Assembly: GCA_963762145.1 (NCBI GenBank)
Contig: CAVXJS010000011.1
Coordinates: forward strand, 576,001 to 640,000
Source: an uncultured Candidatus Rokubacteria bacterium
GTDB lineage: Bacteria > Methylomirabilota > Methylomirabilia > Rokubacteriales > CSP1-6
Reading direction: 5' to 3'
Length of the DNA: 64,000 nucleotides
Shown here: positions 1 through 10,144 of the stretch, in pieces
How the letters are laid out: each line of letters begins with the position of its first letter
How positions within the stretch are numbered: the stretch's first letter is position 1
Notes under the pieces: generated by a model
Databases searched by the model: none
Seen by the model: only the letters and a program-made list of their open reading frames with translations
Told to the model about the DNA's origin: nothing
Position numbers and translations under genes: made by a program

Positions 1-188
1 TGGCGGTGCGGGAGGAGATGGGCGTCGACTGCTGCCACGCGAACCAGGACAAGTTCTGGGTGCAGGACCCGGACGGGGTGGAGTGGGAGGTCTACCACCT
101 CAACTACGACCTCGAGACCGAGGTCACCGCGCCTCGCATCATGGGACTGCCGCTGGCCAAGAGCGGTGGGGCCTGCTGCTCGTCGTGA
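1..188 (+). CDS. ArsI/CadI-family VOC metalloenzyme, C-terminal part (5' end outside window)
   Basis: DCCHANQDKFWVQDPDGVEWEVY resembles the ArsI/CadI CC...DK.WV.DPDG..WE motif; C-terminal CC; directly upstream of arsM. Confidence 0.8.
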   Translation, partial: AVREEMGVDCCHANQDKFWVQDPDGVEWEVYHLNYDLETEVTAPRIMGLPLAKSGGACCSS

Positions 189-199
189 GGAGATGAGCC

Positions 200-1015
200 A
201 TGAGCGATGACATCAAGGAGATCGTGAGGGAGAAGTACGCGCGGGCCGCGCTTCGCGTGACCGCGGTCGAGGACGCGTCCTGCTGCGGCTCGGCGTCTTC
301 TCGCGGGGAGTGCGACCCGATCACCTCGGGAATCTATGCGGGGAGCGACACGTCCGCGCTGCCGGCCGAGGCCAGGGCCGCCTCGCTCGGCTGCGGGAAC
401 CCGACGGCCCTGGCCGAGCTCGAGCCCGGTGAGACGGTGCTCGATCTCGGATCGGGAGGCGGCATCGACGTCCTGCTGTCCGCCGGTCGCGTGGGACCGA
501 CGGGCAAGGCCTACGGCCTCGACATGACCGACGAGATGCTCGCCCTCGCCCGCGAGAACCAGCGGAAGGCTGGCGCGACCAACGTGGAGTTCCTCAAGGG
601 TGAGATCGAGCAGATCCCTCTTCCCGGGAGCTCGGTGGACGTTGTCATCTCCAATTGCGTGATCAATCTCTCGGCCGACAAGGACCGCGTCCTGGCCGAG
701 GCGTTCCGGGTCCTGAAGCCGGGCGGGCGCCTGGCGGTGTCGGACGTGGTCGTGCGGGGCGAGGTGCCCGCCGAGATCCGGCGGAGCGTGGAGCTGTGGA
801 TCGGGTGCGTGGCCGGCGCGCTGGAGGAGAGCGAGTACCGGGGCAAGCTCGCCGCCGCAGGCTTCGAGGGAATCAGCCTCGAGCCGACCCGGGTCTATCG
901 GGTGGAGGAGGCGCGGGACTTCCTGACCGGAGCCGGGCTCGACGTCGATCGTATCGCGCCCCAGGTGGACGACAAGTTCATGAGCGCATTCGTCCGAGCC
1001 CGGAAGCCCGCATAG
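200..1015 (+). CDS. arsM: Arsenite S-adenosylmethionine methyltransferase
   Basis: SCCG N-terminal Cys pair, [18 protein letters not shown] motif, [17 protein letters not shown]; GAGGAG RBS. Confidence 0.93.
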   Translation: MSDDIKEIVREKYARAALRVTAVEDASCCGSASSRGECDPITSGIYAGSDTSALPAEARAASLGCGNPTALAELEPGETVLDLGSGGGIDVLLSAGRVGPTGKAYGLDMTDEMLALARENQRKAGATNVEFLKGEIEQIPLPGSSVDVVISNCVINLSADKDRVLAEAFRVLKPGGRLAVSDVVVRGEVPAEIRRSVELWIGCVAGALEESEYRGKLAAAGFEGISLEPTRVYRVEEARDFLTGAGLDVDRIAPQVDDKFMSAFVRARKPA

Positions 1016-1016
1016 G

Positions 1017-1697
1017 GTGTCTCCGGCGGGGGAGCGGGCAAGCCTCGGCCGTCGCGTCGCGGCAAAGGCGATGGGGACGGCGCTGCTCCTCGCCGCGGTG
1101 GTCGGATCCGGGATCATGGGCGAGCGCCTCGCGGGCGGCAACGTCGCGATCGCGCTGCTCGCCAACACCGTCGCCACCGGCGCGGCCCTGGTTGCGCTGA
1201 TCCTGACCTTCGGCCCGATCTCGGGCGCTCACTTCAACCCGGCGGTCACGCTGGCCGACGCGCTCCATGGCGGCCTCGCGTGGGTGGACGTGTCGCCGTA
1301 CCTCGGCGCGCAGGTCGTGGGCGCCTTCGCCGGCGTCGCCGCCGCGCACGTCATGTTCGAGCTGCCGCTCTTCTTCGCGTCACAGCACGTGCGCGCCGGG
1401 CCGGCCCAGATCTTCAGCGAGTTCGTGGCGACGTTCGGTCTGCTCGCGGTCATCTGGGGGTGCGCGCGCGGGTGGCCCGCGGTGGTGGTGCCCTTCGCGG
1501 TGGCCGGGTACATCACCGCCGCGTACTGGTTCACCGCCTCCACCTCGTTCGCCAATCCCGCCGTCACGCTGGCGCGCTCGGCCAGCGACACGTTCACGGG
1601 GATCCGGCCGGCCGACGTCCCCGGTTTCATCGTGGCGCAGCTCCTCGGGGCCGCCGCGGCAACCGGGTTGTTCCGGTGGCTCTTGCCGGGCCGATGA
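1017..1697 (+). CDS. MIP/aquaporin-family channel (ars-associated, AqpS-like)
   Basis: Two NPA motifs (SGAHFNPAVT, SFANPAVT); hydrophobic; ars context. Confidence 0.9.
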   Translation: MSPAGERASLGRRVAAKAMGTALLLAAVVGSGIMGERLAGGNVAIALLANTVATGAALVALILTFGPISGAHFNPAVTLADALHGGLAWVDVSPYLGAQVVGAFAGVAAAHVMFELPLFFASQHVRAGPAQIFSEFVATFGLLAVIWGCARGWPAVVVPFAVAGYITAAYWFTASTSFANPAVTLARSASDTFTGIRPADVPGFIVAQLLGAAAATGLFRWLLPGR

Positions 1698-2188
1698 CGA
1701 CGCTCCGCACGCGCCTCGCGACGGCCGGGGACGCCGCCGCCATCACCGCGATCTACAACGAGGGGATCGCCGACCGCGTGGCGACCTTCGAGACCGAGCC
1801 GCGGACGGCGGCCCAGATCGCCCAGCAGCTCGCGGACAAGGGCGACCGGTTCCCGACCGTGGTGGTCGAGCGGGACGGGCAGGTGGTCGCGTACGCCGGC
1901 GCGAGCGCGTACCGGAGCCGTCCCGCCTATGCGGGCGTGGCCGAGCACTCGGTCTACGTGGCGCGTCACGCGCGGGGCACGGGCGCGGGGCGCGCCGCGC
2001 TGGAGGCAATGTGCCAGACGTACGCGGAGCGCGGCTTCTGGAAGATCCTGTCCCGGATCTTCCCCGAGAACACCGCGAGCCTCCGCCTCCACGAGCGGTG
2101 CGGCTTCCGGGTGGTCGGCGTCTACCGGCGGCACGGCAAGCTCGACGGCGAGTGGCGCGACTGCGTGATCGTGGAGCGGCTCCTGTGA
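1694..2188 (+). CDS. arsN: GNAT N-acetyltransferase, ArsN/phosphinothricin acetyltransferase-like
   Basis: ATGA overlap with aquaporin; IYNEGI..R.ATFETEP, EHSVYV...ARG.G.G, IFPENTASLRLH, GKLDGEWRD. Confidence 0.8.
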   Translation: MTTLRTRLATAGDAAAITAIYNEGIADRVATFETEPRTAAQIAQQLADKGDRFPTVVVERDGQVVAYAGASAYRSRPAYAGVAEHSVYVARHARGTGAGRAALEAMCQTYAERGFWKILSRIFPENTASLRLHERCGFRVVGVYRRHGKLDGEWRDCVIVERLL

Positions 2189-2595
2189 CCCGCGTGCTGT
2201 TCCTCTGCACCCACAACTCGGCCCGGAGCCAGATGGCCGAGGGCTTCCTCCGCGCGATGGCGGGCGACCGCTTCGAGGTCGGGAGCGCCGGGACCGAGAA
2301 GACCTCGGTCAATCCGCTGGCGATCCGGGCGATGGCCGAGCTCGGCATCGACCTCGGCGGGCATACCTCGAAGCTCTACGCGGATGTGGCCCCGGAGGGC
2401 TGGGACTGTTTGAGCACGGTCTGCGACGACGCGAACGAGCGGTGCCCCTGGGTGCCCGGCTCGGTCGAGCGCATGCACTGGTCGTTCCCCGATCCTTCGC
2501 GCGCGACCGGAAGCGAGGAGGATCGGCTCGCCGTGTTCCGCCGGGTGCGCGATCAGATCCGCGAGCGCCTGACCGACTGGCTCCGCGGGAGATGA
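2185..2595 (+). CDS. arsC: Arsenate reductase, LMW-PTP fold
   Basis: GTGA overlap; VLFLCTHNSARSQMAEG P-loop, TVCDDANERCP, HWSFPDPS, FRRVRDQI. Confidence 0.88.
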   Translation: MTRVLFLCTHNSARSQMAEGFLRAMAGDRFEVGSAGTEKTSVNPLAIRAMAELGIDLGGHTSKLYADVAPEGWDCLSTVCDDANERCPWVPGSVERMHWSFPDPSRATGSEEDRLAVFRRVRDQIRERLTDWLRGR

Positions 2596-3083
2596 CCCCC
2601 GCCCGGCTCGTCGCCTGCGTCTGCGCCGCCCAGGTGTGCGCCCAGATCGGGGCCTACACCTGGCCGGCGCTGCGCGCGGTCATGGCCAGGCGCACGAGCC
2701 GGGCCGGCGCGCCCGCGCCCCAGACGCTCGGGGCCCGCTCCTACCTGGTGGCGGCGGCGCTCGTGCTCCTCTACGGCCTCCTGATCTGGCTCGACTCCTC
2801 CTCGCTCACCGCGGGCGCCGCGGGCAGCGCGGATCCCGAGCGGCGCGGCGCCACGCTGGCGCTGCACTCGATGGCCGGCTACGCGGGCGGGGCGGTCGGC
2901 CCGATCGTGATCGGGTGGATCCTCGATCTGAGCGGCGGCATGTCGCCCATGGGCTGGGGCTGGGCCTTCCTGCACGTCGCGGTGATCGCGCTGCTGGGGC
3001 AGGTGGCCTTCGTGCTCCTGGGGCCGCGCGATCTGGCCGGGGATCGTCGCAGCGCGCCGGGCCGATCTGTCGATCGCGCTTGA
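2592..3083 (+). pseudogene. MFS transporter remnant with a large internal deletion (N-terminal helix joined to C-terminal helices)
   Basis: ATGA overlap with arsC; 163 aa only; C-terminal part (DSSSLTAG, ERRGATLALHS, GP..IGWILD) is MFS-like. Confidence 0.55.
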
Positions 3084-3150
3084 CGAAGCCGCCCCGTCCG
3101 GAGGAGCATCGGGTGCCGCGCGCAATGTCGCGCCCAGGAGGCTGCCCCCC

Positions 3151-4767
3151 ATGCTCACACGCCGTGAGTTTCTCGCCGCCACCACCGCCGCCGCGGCTCT
3201 GGCCGCCGCGCCGTCGGGCGTAGCCGCCCAGACCCCCAAGCGCGGCGGTACCTTGTCCGTCCGGGCATGGGATCCGCCGCACTTCGACCAGAGTATGGTG
3301 CACGCCTACAAGACCCACGTGGTGGTCTCCTTCACCCACAGCCGGCTCCTGAAGCATCGGGCCGGCCCGGGCGTGCGCCCCGGCTCGCTGGTGCTCGAGG
3401 GCGACCTGGCCGAGTCGTGGACGCAGCCGAGCGACACCACCTACGTCTTCAAGCTGCGGCGGGGCGTGCGCTTCCACGCCAAGCCGCCGGTCAACGGACG
3501 GGAGCTCACCGCCGAGGACGTGAAGTACACGTTCGAACGGATGCTCACCGAGACCGGCAGCAACGCCTCGATGTACCGCTCGATCGCCAAGATCGAAGCG
3601 GTGGACCGCTACACGGTCCGGTTCACGCTCTCGGAGCCTTTCGCGTGGTTCCTGGAGATGGTGGCGAGCCCGATGGCGGGCGGCATCATCGCCCGCGAGT
3701 GCGTCGAGAAGTTCGGCGACCTCAAGAAGCCGGAGGCGGTGATCGGTACCGGCCCCTGGATGCTCGACAGCTACAAGCCGAACGTGTCCATCACCCTGGT
3801 GCGGAACCCCGCCTACTTCGTGGCCGGCCTGCCGTACATCGACCGCGTCGAGCTGATCGTCGACGAGGACAACGCCTCCCGCATGGCCGCCTTCCTCTCG
3901 GGCCGCTACGACCTCGGTTGGGAGTTCCCGGGGACGATCAACCGGACGGACTGGGTGCAGATCAAGGATCGGCTCGCCCGGACCCGGCCCTCCCTCCGGA
4001 CGGCCGAGTACCCGTCGAACGTGGTGAACGACCTCGCGATGCGCACCGACCAGAAGCCCTGGAGCGACGTGCGCGTGCGGCAGGCGGTCTCGATGGCGCT
4101 GGACCGGCGCGAGATCATCGAGTCCACGCTCGAGGGCGTGGGCGTCGTCAACGGCCCGATCCCGGCCGCGCTGACCGACTGGGCCCTGCCGATCGACCAG
4201 CTCGGCGAGGGCGCGCGCAACTACAAGCACGATCCCGCCGAGGCGAAGCGGCTGCTCGCGGCCGCCGGCTACCCGAACGGGTTCCCGGCCAGCGTGTGCT
4301 TCAACTCGTACGGCTCCACCGTGCTGGTGGACACCATGCAACTCGTCCTCAAGAATCTGAAGGCGATCGGCATCGACGCGCGACTCGATCAGAAGGAGTA
4401 CGGGGCCTACCAGGCCACGTGTCGGCTCGGGAAGTTCGACTCGCTGGTGTTCGGGCCCCTGACCCCGTTCCTCGACGCGGACAACTTCCTGTTCGGGCAG
4501 TACTACACCGGCGAGCCGCGCAACCGGAGCCACGTCAAGGACCCGGCGCTCGACGACCTGCTCGTCCGGCAGCGGCGCGCCATGGACGTGAAGGCCCGCC
4601 GCGAGATCATCAACGACATCCAGCGGCACCTGGCCAAGCAGCAGTACTACGTCCACGCGCCGGGAGGGACCTACATCGCGGTGTGGGACGGGGCGCTCAA
4701 GAACTACGGGCCGAACCTGGGCTACGACTACGGCGGGCGGCTCATCACCGCCTGGCTCGACCGCTGA
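3151..4767 (+). CDS. ABC transporter substrate-binding protein, family 5 (peptide/nickel), Tat signal
   Basis: LTRREFL Tat motif, PKRGGTL, GDLAESW, IGTGPW, DVRVRQAVSMALDR. Confidence 0.9.
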   Translation: MLTRREFLAATTAAAALAAAPSGVAAQTPKRGGTLSVRAWDPPHFDQSMVHAYKTHVVVSFTHSRLLKHRAGPGVRPGSLVLEGDLAESWTQPSDTTYVFKLRRGVRFHAKPPVNGRELTAEDVKYTFERMLTETGSNASMYRSIAKIEAVDRYTVRFTLSEPFAWFLEMVASPMAGGIIARECVEKFGDLKKPEAVIGTGPWMLDSYKPNVSITLVRNPAYFVAGLPYIDRVELIVDEDNASRMAAFLSGRYDLGWEFPGTINRTDWVQIKDRLARTRPSLRTAEYPSNVVNDLAMRTDQKPWSDVRVRQAVSMALDRREIIESTLEGVGVVNGPIPAALTDWALPIDQLGEGARNYKHDPAEAKRLLAAAGYPNGFPASVCFNSYGSTVLVDTMQLVLKNLKAIGIDARLDQKEYGAYQATCRLGKFDSLVFGPLTPFLDADNFLFGQYYTGEPRNRSHVKDPALDDLLVRQRRAMDVKARREIINDIQRHLAKQQYYVHAPGGTYIAVWDGALKNYGPNLGYDYGGRLITAWLDR

Positions 4768-4772
4768 GAACG

Positions 4773-5564
4773 ATGCATACCGGTGTGGCCCTCGCCGAGC
4801 GCGTCGCGATCGTCACCGGTGCCGGCAACGGCATCGGGAAGGCCATCGCGCTGGCCCTGGCCGAGGCCGGCGCGCACGTCGCGGCGGTGGACGTGGACGG
4901 GGGCGCCGCCAAGGTGACCGCGGACGCCGCGGCGTCGCGGGGGCCCCGCAGCCTGGCCCTCGACACCGACGTCGGCGATCTGGCCGCCATCGACCGGATG
5001 GTCCGGCGGGTGACCGAGACCTTCGGGCGCGTCGATATCCTGGTGAACAACGCCGGGGTCACGCGCCGCGCCTACATCATGGACCTCACCGAGCAGGACT
5101 GGGACCGCATCATGCGGGTCAACGCCAAGGGGGTCTTCTTCTGCCTGCAGCGGGTGGCGCGCGAGATGATCCCGGAGCGCCGCGGCACGATCATCAACAT
5201 CGCGTCGATCGCGGGGAAGGGCTACGCGGGCACCTCGAACGCGATCTACGCGGCCAGCAAGGGCAGCGTGATCTCGCTGACGCGCACCGCCGCGCTCCAG
5301 CTCGCGCGGCACGACGTCACCGTGAACGCGATCTGCCCCGGCATCACGGTCACCGCGCTGTCCGAGGCCAACGTGGCGGTCCGCGCCCGCGACGAGGGGC
5401 TGTCGGTCGAGGAGATGACGCGACGGCGCAACGCGGTCATCCCGCTCGGGCGGCCGAACGATCCGGAGGACCTGGCCGCGCTGGCGGTGTTCCTGGCCTC
5501 CCCGGGCGCGCGGAACATCACCGGCCAGTCCTTCAACGTGGACGGCGGCATCATCTTCGACTGA
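4773..5564 (+). CDS. SDR family oxidoreductase
   Basis: TGAGNGIG, NNAG, YAASK. Confidence 0.9.
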   Translation: MHTGVALAERVAIVTGAGNGIGKAIALALAEAGAHVAAVDVDGGAAKVTADAAASRGPRSLALDTDVGDLAAIDRMVRRVTETFGRVDILVNNAGVTRRAYIMDLTEQDWDRIMRVNAKGVFFCLQRVAREMIPERRGTIINIASIAGKGYAGTSNAIYAASKGSVISLTRTAALQLARHDVTVNAICPGITVTALSEANVAVRARDEGLSVEEMTRRRNAVIPLGRPNDPEDLAALAVFLASPGARNITGQSFNVDGGIIFD

Positions 5565-5587
5565 ACCTGGACCAAGGAGACCGCACC

Positions 5588-6436
5588 ATGAACATCGGCG
5601 TCTCGGTGCCCCTGCCGGCCTATCTCGTGGACGTGGGGGCGATGGCGCGCAAGGCGGAAGAGCTCGGCTTCGAATCCTTCTGGTGCGCCGAGCACCCGTT
5701 CATCCCGGTGCGGACCGCGAGCCGGTTCCCGGGATCGGCGGACGGGGTCATCCCGGAGGAGTACTCCCACTTCGTGGATCCCTTCATCGCGCTCGCGCGC
5801 GCCTCGGGGACGACCAGCCGGATCAAGCTCGCCACCGGCATCGTGCTGGTGCCGGAGCGGCATCCGCTGGTGCTGGCCAAGGAGGTGTCCACCCTCGACC
5901 TGTTCAGCGGCGGACGCTTCCTGTTCGGCATCGGGGCGGGCTGGCTGCGCGAGGAGACCCAGATCATGGGCGGGGACTTCGACCACCGCTGGACGCAGAC
6001 GCGGGAGTCGGTCCTGGCCATGAAGGAGCTGTGGACGAAGACGGAGGCCGAGCACCACGGCAAGTACTACGACTTCCCGCCGGTGCGCTCGTATCCGAAG
6101 CCGGTCCAGAAGCCGCACCCGCCGGTGCTCCTGGGCGGCGGGGCGAAGAACGTGCTCCAGCGCGTGGCGGCCTGGGGCGACGGCTGGCTGCCCAACCGGG
6201 TGACGCCGGATGAGCTCCGCGAGAGCCGCGCGACGCTCGACCGCCTCGCCAAGGAGAACGGCCGTGATCCGGCCGCCCTCACCATCTCGGTGCACGGCCA
6301 GCCCGCCGACCAGGATCTCGTCCGCCGCCTCCTCGACGCGGGCGCCACGCGCGTCATCATCCGGCCGGCCACGTCGAGATCGGAGCCGGACATGGTGCGC
6401 GAGCTGACCCGTATCGCGGAGACCGTGATGCGGTAG
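5588..6436 (+). CDS. LLM class F420-dependent oxidoreductase
   Basis: AEELGFESFWCAEH, DPFIALA, GRFLFGIGAGW, PKPVQKPHPP. Confidence 0.88.
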   Translation: MNIGVSVPLPAYLVDVGAMARKAEELGFESFWCAEHPFIPVRTASRFPGSADGVIPEEYSHFVDPFIALARASGTTSRIKLATGIVLVPERHPLVLAKEVSTLDLFSGGRFLFGIGAGWLREETQIMGGDFDHRWTQTRESVLAMKELWTKTEAEHHGKYYDFPPVRSYPKPVQKPHPPVLLGGGAKNVLQRVAAWGDGWLPNRVTPDELRESRATLDRLAKENGRDPAALTISVHGQPADQDLVRRLLDAGATRVIIRPATSRSEPDMVRELTRIAETVMR

Positions 6437-6456
6437 GGTGGGCCTGCCGGAAACGG

Positions 6457-7257
6457 TCAGGCGTTGGGAATCCAGGGCCAGTACTTGGCGATCGCGCCCG
6501 CGTCCACGCGGAGGTCGATGCCGGTGATCATCTCCGCGTCGTCGGAGGCCAGGAAGACCACCGCGCGGGCGTAGTGCCGCGGGCTCGGGAGCTTCCCCAT
6601 CGGCACCATCTTCGGGAAGTCGAGGCCGCGGGCGCGCGGCTCCGGCCGGGGCCGCCCCCAGGCCACCGTGCGATCGGCGGCCTCCTCGGTGTCGGTGGCG
6701 GTCGGGGTCAGGCTGTTCACCCGGATGCCGTGACGGGCCAGGTCCATCGCGGCGGCGCGCGTGAAGTTGAGCAGCCCGCTCTTGCTCGTCGAGTAGGCGA
6801 TGTTGCCGGCCTGGCCCTGGTGGCCGGCGGTGGACACCACCACCACGATCGTGCCGCGGCGGCGCTGCTCCACCATCAGCCGGGCCACGTGCTTGGTGCA
6901 GAGGAACGTCCCGGTGAGGTTGACCGCGAGCTGCCGGTTCCAGCGCTCCACCGGCATCTCGAGCACGCTCAGCCCGCCGAGGATGCCCGCGTTGTTGACC
7001 AGGATGTCCACTCCGCCGTAGACGTCCCGGACCTGGGCGACCATCGCCTCGACCTGCCCCTCGTCGGTGACGTCGCACGGGAGGCCCAGGGCCTCGCGAC
7101 CCCCGCGACGGATCGCCTCCGCGCACTGGAGCGCGTTGTCCCGGGTCACGTCCACGCACACCACGGTGGCCCCCTCCTCCGCGAGGCCCTCCGCGATGCC
7201 GCCGCCGATGTTGGGGCTGGTCCCGGTCACGATCGCGATCTTGCCGGCTAGACGCAC
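6457..7257 (-). CDS. SDR family oxidoreductase
   Basis: GTG start VRLAGKIAIVTGTSPNIGGGIA, NNAG, YSTSK; the ORF-track 5' extension belongs to the permease. Confidence 0.85.
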   Translation of the reverse strand: MRLAGKIAIVTGTSPNIGGGIAEGLAEEGATVVCVDVTRDNALQCAEAIRRGGREALGLPCDVTDEGQVEAMVAQVRDVYGGVDILVNNAGILGGLSVLEMPVERWNRQLAVNLTGTFLCTKHVARLMVEQRRRGTIVVVVSTAGHQGQAGNIAYSTSKSGLLNFTRAAAMDLARHGIRVNSLTPTATDTEEAADRTVAWGRPRPEPRARGLDFPKMVPMGKLPSPRHYARAVVFLASDDAEMITGIDLRVDAGAIAKYWPWIPNA

Positions 7258-7268
7258 GAGAGCGCTCC

Positions 7269-8988
7269 TCAGCCGAGACCGCTGCGCAGCCCGAGCAGGC
7301 GGGCGAGCAGGGCCCCGGCCAGCGAGACGAACATGATGATGCAGGCCACCACCACCGCTTCCTCGAACTTGCGCTGGGCGACGTAGTCGAGCTGGAGGAT
7401 CGAGAGGGGCCGGTTGGCGGTGGTGGTGAGCAGCGCGAAGTTGCCGATGTTGCGGGCCGCGCCCACGAACGTGATCATGCCCACCGCGAGCAGGGTCGGG
7501 GCCATCAACCGCAGGATGATACGCCGATACGTCGTCCACCACGACGCGCCCGCGATCCGCGAGGCCTCTTCCAGCTCGGCCCCGAGCTGCAGGAGCCCGC
7601 TCCGGATGATCTGCACGCCGAGCGGCATGCCCGCGATGACCCCCGCGATGATCAGGAGCGCGGTGGTGCCGTAGAGCGGGCGGAGGAAGGCCACCCCGAG
7701 GAAGAGCCAGAGCAGGGCCAGGCCCAGGATGATGCCCGGCACCGTGAAGGGCAGCCAGGAGACGAAGTCGAGCAGGCGGCGGCCCGCGTAGGACGTGCGC
7801 ACGATGATGTAGGCGATGAGGGAGTGCACGAGGATGGCGACCAGCCGCGGTGCCGATCGAGAGGACGAGGGTGTTGTGCAGCGAGCGGAGGAACAGCTCG
7901 TCGCCGAGGACGGTCTGCCAGTTCGCGATCGTCCACGGGTCGGGCACGTGGAAGAAGCCGAAGAGCTTCATGAAGGTGCCGAGCAGCGCGAACGCCACCG
8001 GGACGCCGAGCACCACCAGCGACCAGCGCCAGCACGACGATCGTCGCCGGGCATGCGCGGCGCGGCCGAGCGCGTGGACCCGGCTCTGGAACTGGCCGGT
8101 GACCGTGGTGTAGCGCCGGCCCGCGCGTCAGCCACTGCTGGGCGAAGACGAGCGGGAGCATGGCGGCCAGGATCAGGACCGCGAGCGCGGTGGCCGCGTC
8201 GTAGCGGGGCACGCGGGTGACGAGCAGGTCGTAGATCATGGTGCTGAACACGAAGAAGCGGAACGGCAGGCCCAGCACCTGCTCGACCTCGAAGGTCTGC
8301 AGCGACACCATCGTGCCGAGCAGCAGCACCGACAGGATGGCGGGGGCCATGACCGGCACCGTGATGCGCAGCGCGGTGCGGAGCGTGCTCGCGCCGGCCA
8401 CCCGCGAGGCCTCCTCGAACGCCGCGTTCATGTTGCGGAAGGCGGGGGTCGAGAAGGATCACCTTGACCGTCAGGGAGCCGGTCACGACGTGGACCCAGA
8501 CGATGCCCCAGAACGAGTAGATGTTGAACGGGCCCGTGCCCACGAACGGCAGCGGCGGCGAGCGACGGTGTTGACGAGCCCGTACTCGGGATCGAGGAGC
8601 AGGATCCAGCTGAGCGTCACCGTGAACGGCGGCAGGAAGAAGGCGGCCCAGAACGCGAACTCGATCCAGCTCGCGGCCGGGCAGGTCGGTGCGCGCGAGC
8701 AGCCAGGCGATGAGCACCGCGAGCGGCAGCGAGAGGAGCTGCCGCGCGAAGGTGACGGTGAGCGTGTTCCGAGCGCGGCGCGCAGGCCCGGCTCGCCGAG
8801 CGCGGCCCGCCAGCCGTCGAGCCCGTAGCGGGCCGGCTGGCCCGGCGGCGCGACCTGAAGGCTCTGCAGCGACGACGAGGAGCAGCGGGAACACCACGCA
8901 GAGGGCGACGCGCGGCGAGGACGAGCGTGCACAGCACGCCTGCGAGCTCGAGGCGCCGCGGGCGCGGCGCGGCGAGCGCGTCGCTCAG
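7269..8988 (-). CDS. ABC transporter permease, FbpB/iron-type with two TM domains (frameshifted; start approximate)
   Basis: Two EAA loops (FEEASRVAGAS, LEEASRIAGAS) spread over ORFs 7269-7829, 7652-8431, 7968-8897 and 8483-8932. Confidence 0.75.
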
Positions 8989-10138
8989 GCCGGCCACACG
9001 CTCACCAGCTCCGGCGGAAAGGCGAGGCGCACCCGCTCGCCCTCGCGCCACTCGCGCGCGCGGGTCAGGAGCAGCACGATGCGTGCTCGCCGCCCGAGCG
9101 TCACGCGGGCCTCGTAGCGGTCGCCCACGAAGGACAGGGCGTCGATGGCGCCGAGCAGGCGCGTGGGCATCCGGGCGAGCGCGGCGTCGTCCGGCGCGAC
9201 CCGGATGTCCTCGGGGCGGATCGCGACCGTCGCGGCCGACCCCGGCGCGAGGCGCGGCCTCCGCCGCGTTGCGGCCGGTGAGCGTGCAGCCGCCGAGCGT
9301 GCCGTTCATCGCCACCGTGACGGCACCCGCGGCGTGACCGGACGCGCGGGGCCGCGACGCGGCCGCGTCAGCAGCACGGTCTGGCCGAGGAAGTCGCGCA
9401 CGAAGGCGGAGGCGGGCCGCTCGTAGAGGGCGCGCGGCGAGCCGACCTGCTCGACGCGGCCGCGATGCATGACCGCGATGCGGTCGGAGAGGCTCAGCGC
9501 CTCGACCTGATCGTGGGTGACGAACAGCACCGTGATGCCGAGCCGGCGCTGCAGCAGCTTCACCTCCACCCGCATCTGCTCGCGCAGCTTGGCGTCCAGG
9601 TTGCTGAAGGGCTCGTCGAGCAGCAGCAGGTCCGGCTCGTAGACCAGCGCCCGGCAGAGGGCCAGGCGCTGCATCTGCCCGCCGCTCAGCAGCGTGGCCG
9701 GGCCGCGCGTCTCGAGTGCCGCTCGAGCCCGACCAGGCCCAGCACGCGGGCCACCTTGTCGCGGACCGCGGCCCGCGTGAGCCCGCGCAGCTGGAGCGGG
9801 TAGGCCACGTTCTCGAACACGGTCATGTGGGGCCAGATCGCGTAGGACTGGAAGACCATGCCGAGGTTGCGCTGGTTGGGCGGCACGAAGATGCCGGCGC
9901 GCCGCCGAGGCCACCACCCGGTCGCGCAGGGTGATCTCGCCCGCGTCGGGGTGCTCGAGCCCGGCCACGAGCCGCAGGGTGGTGGTCTTGCCGCAGCCGC
10001 TGGGGCCGAGCAGGGTGAAGACCTCGCCGCGCCTGATCGACGAGCGACGCCGAGTCCACCGCGGCCGCCTCGCCGAACAGCTTGCTGACGCCGTCGAGCG
10101 CGAGGACCGTCTCGCCGCGTCGGGCGCCGCGCCACCAT
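8985..10138 (-). CDS. ABC transporter ATP-binding protein (frameshifted)
   Basis: GPSGCGKTT Walker A, LSGGQ signature, LLLLDEPFSNLD, VTHDQ; TOBE-like tail in 8985-9170. Confidence 0.85.
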
Positions 10139-10144
10139 GGCTCC

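Noticed and set aside
1694-2595. Other TGA codons as possible selenocysteine (ends of the aquaporin, arsN and arsC genes)
   Set aside because: They lie at natural C-termini in ATGA/GTGA overlaps, not in redox motifs
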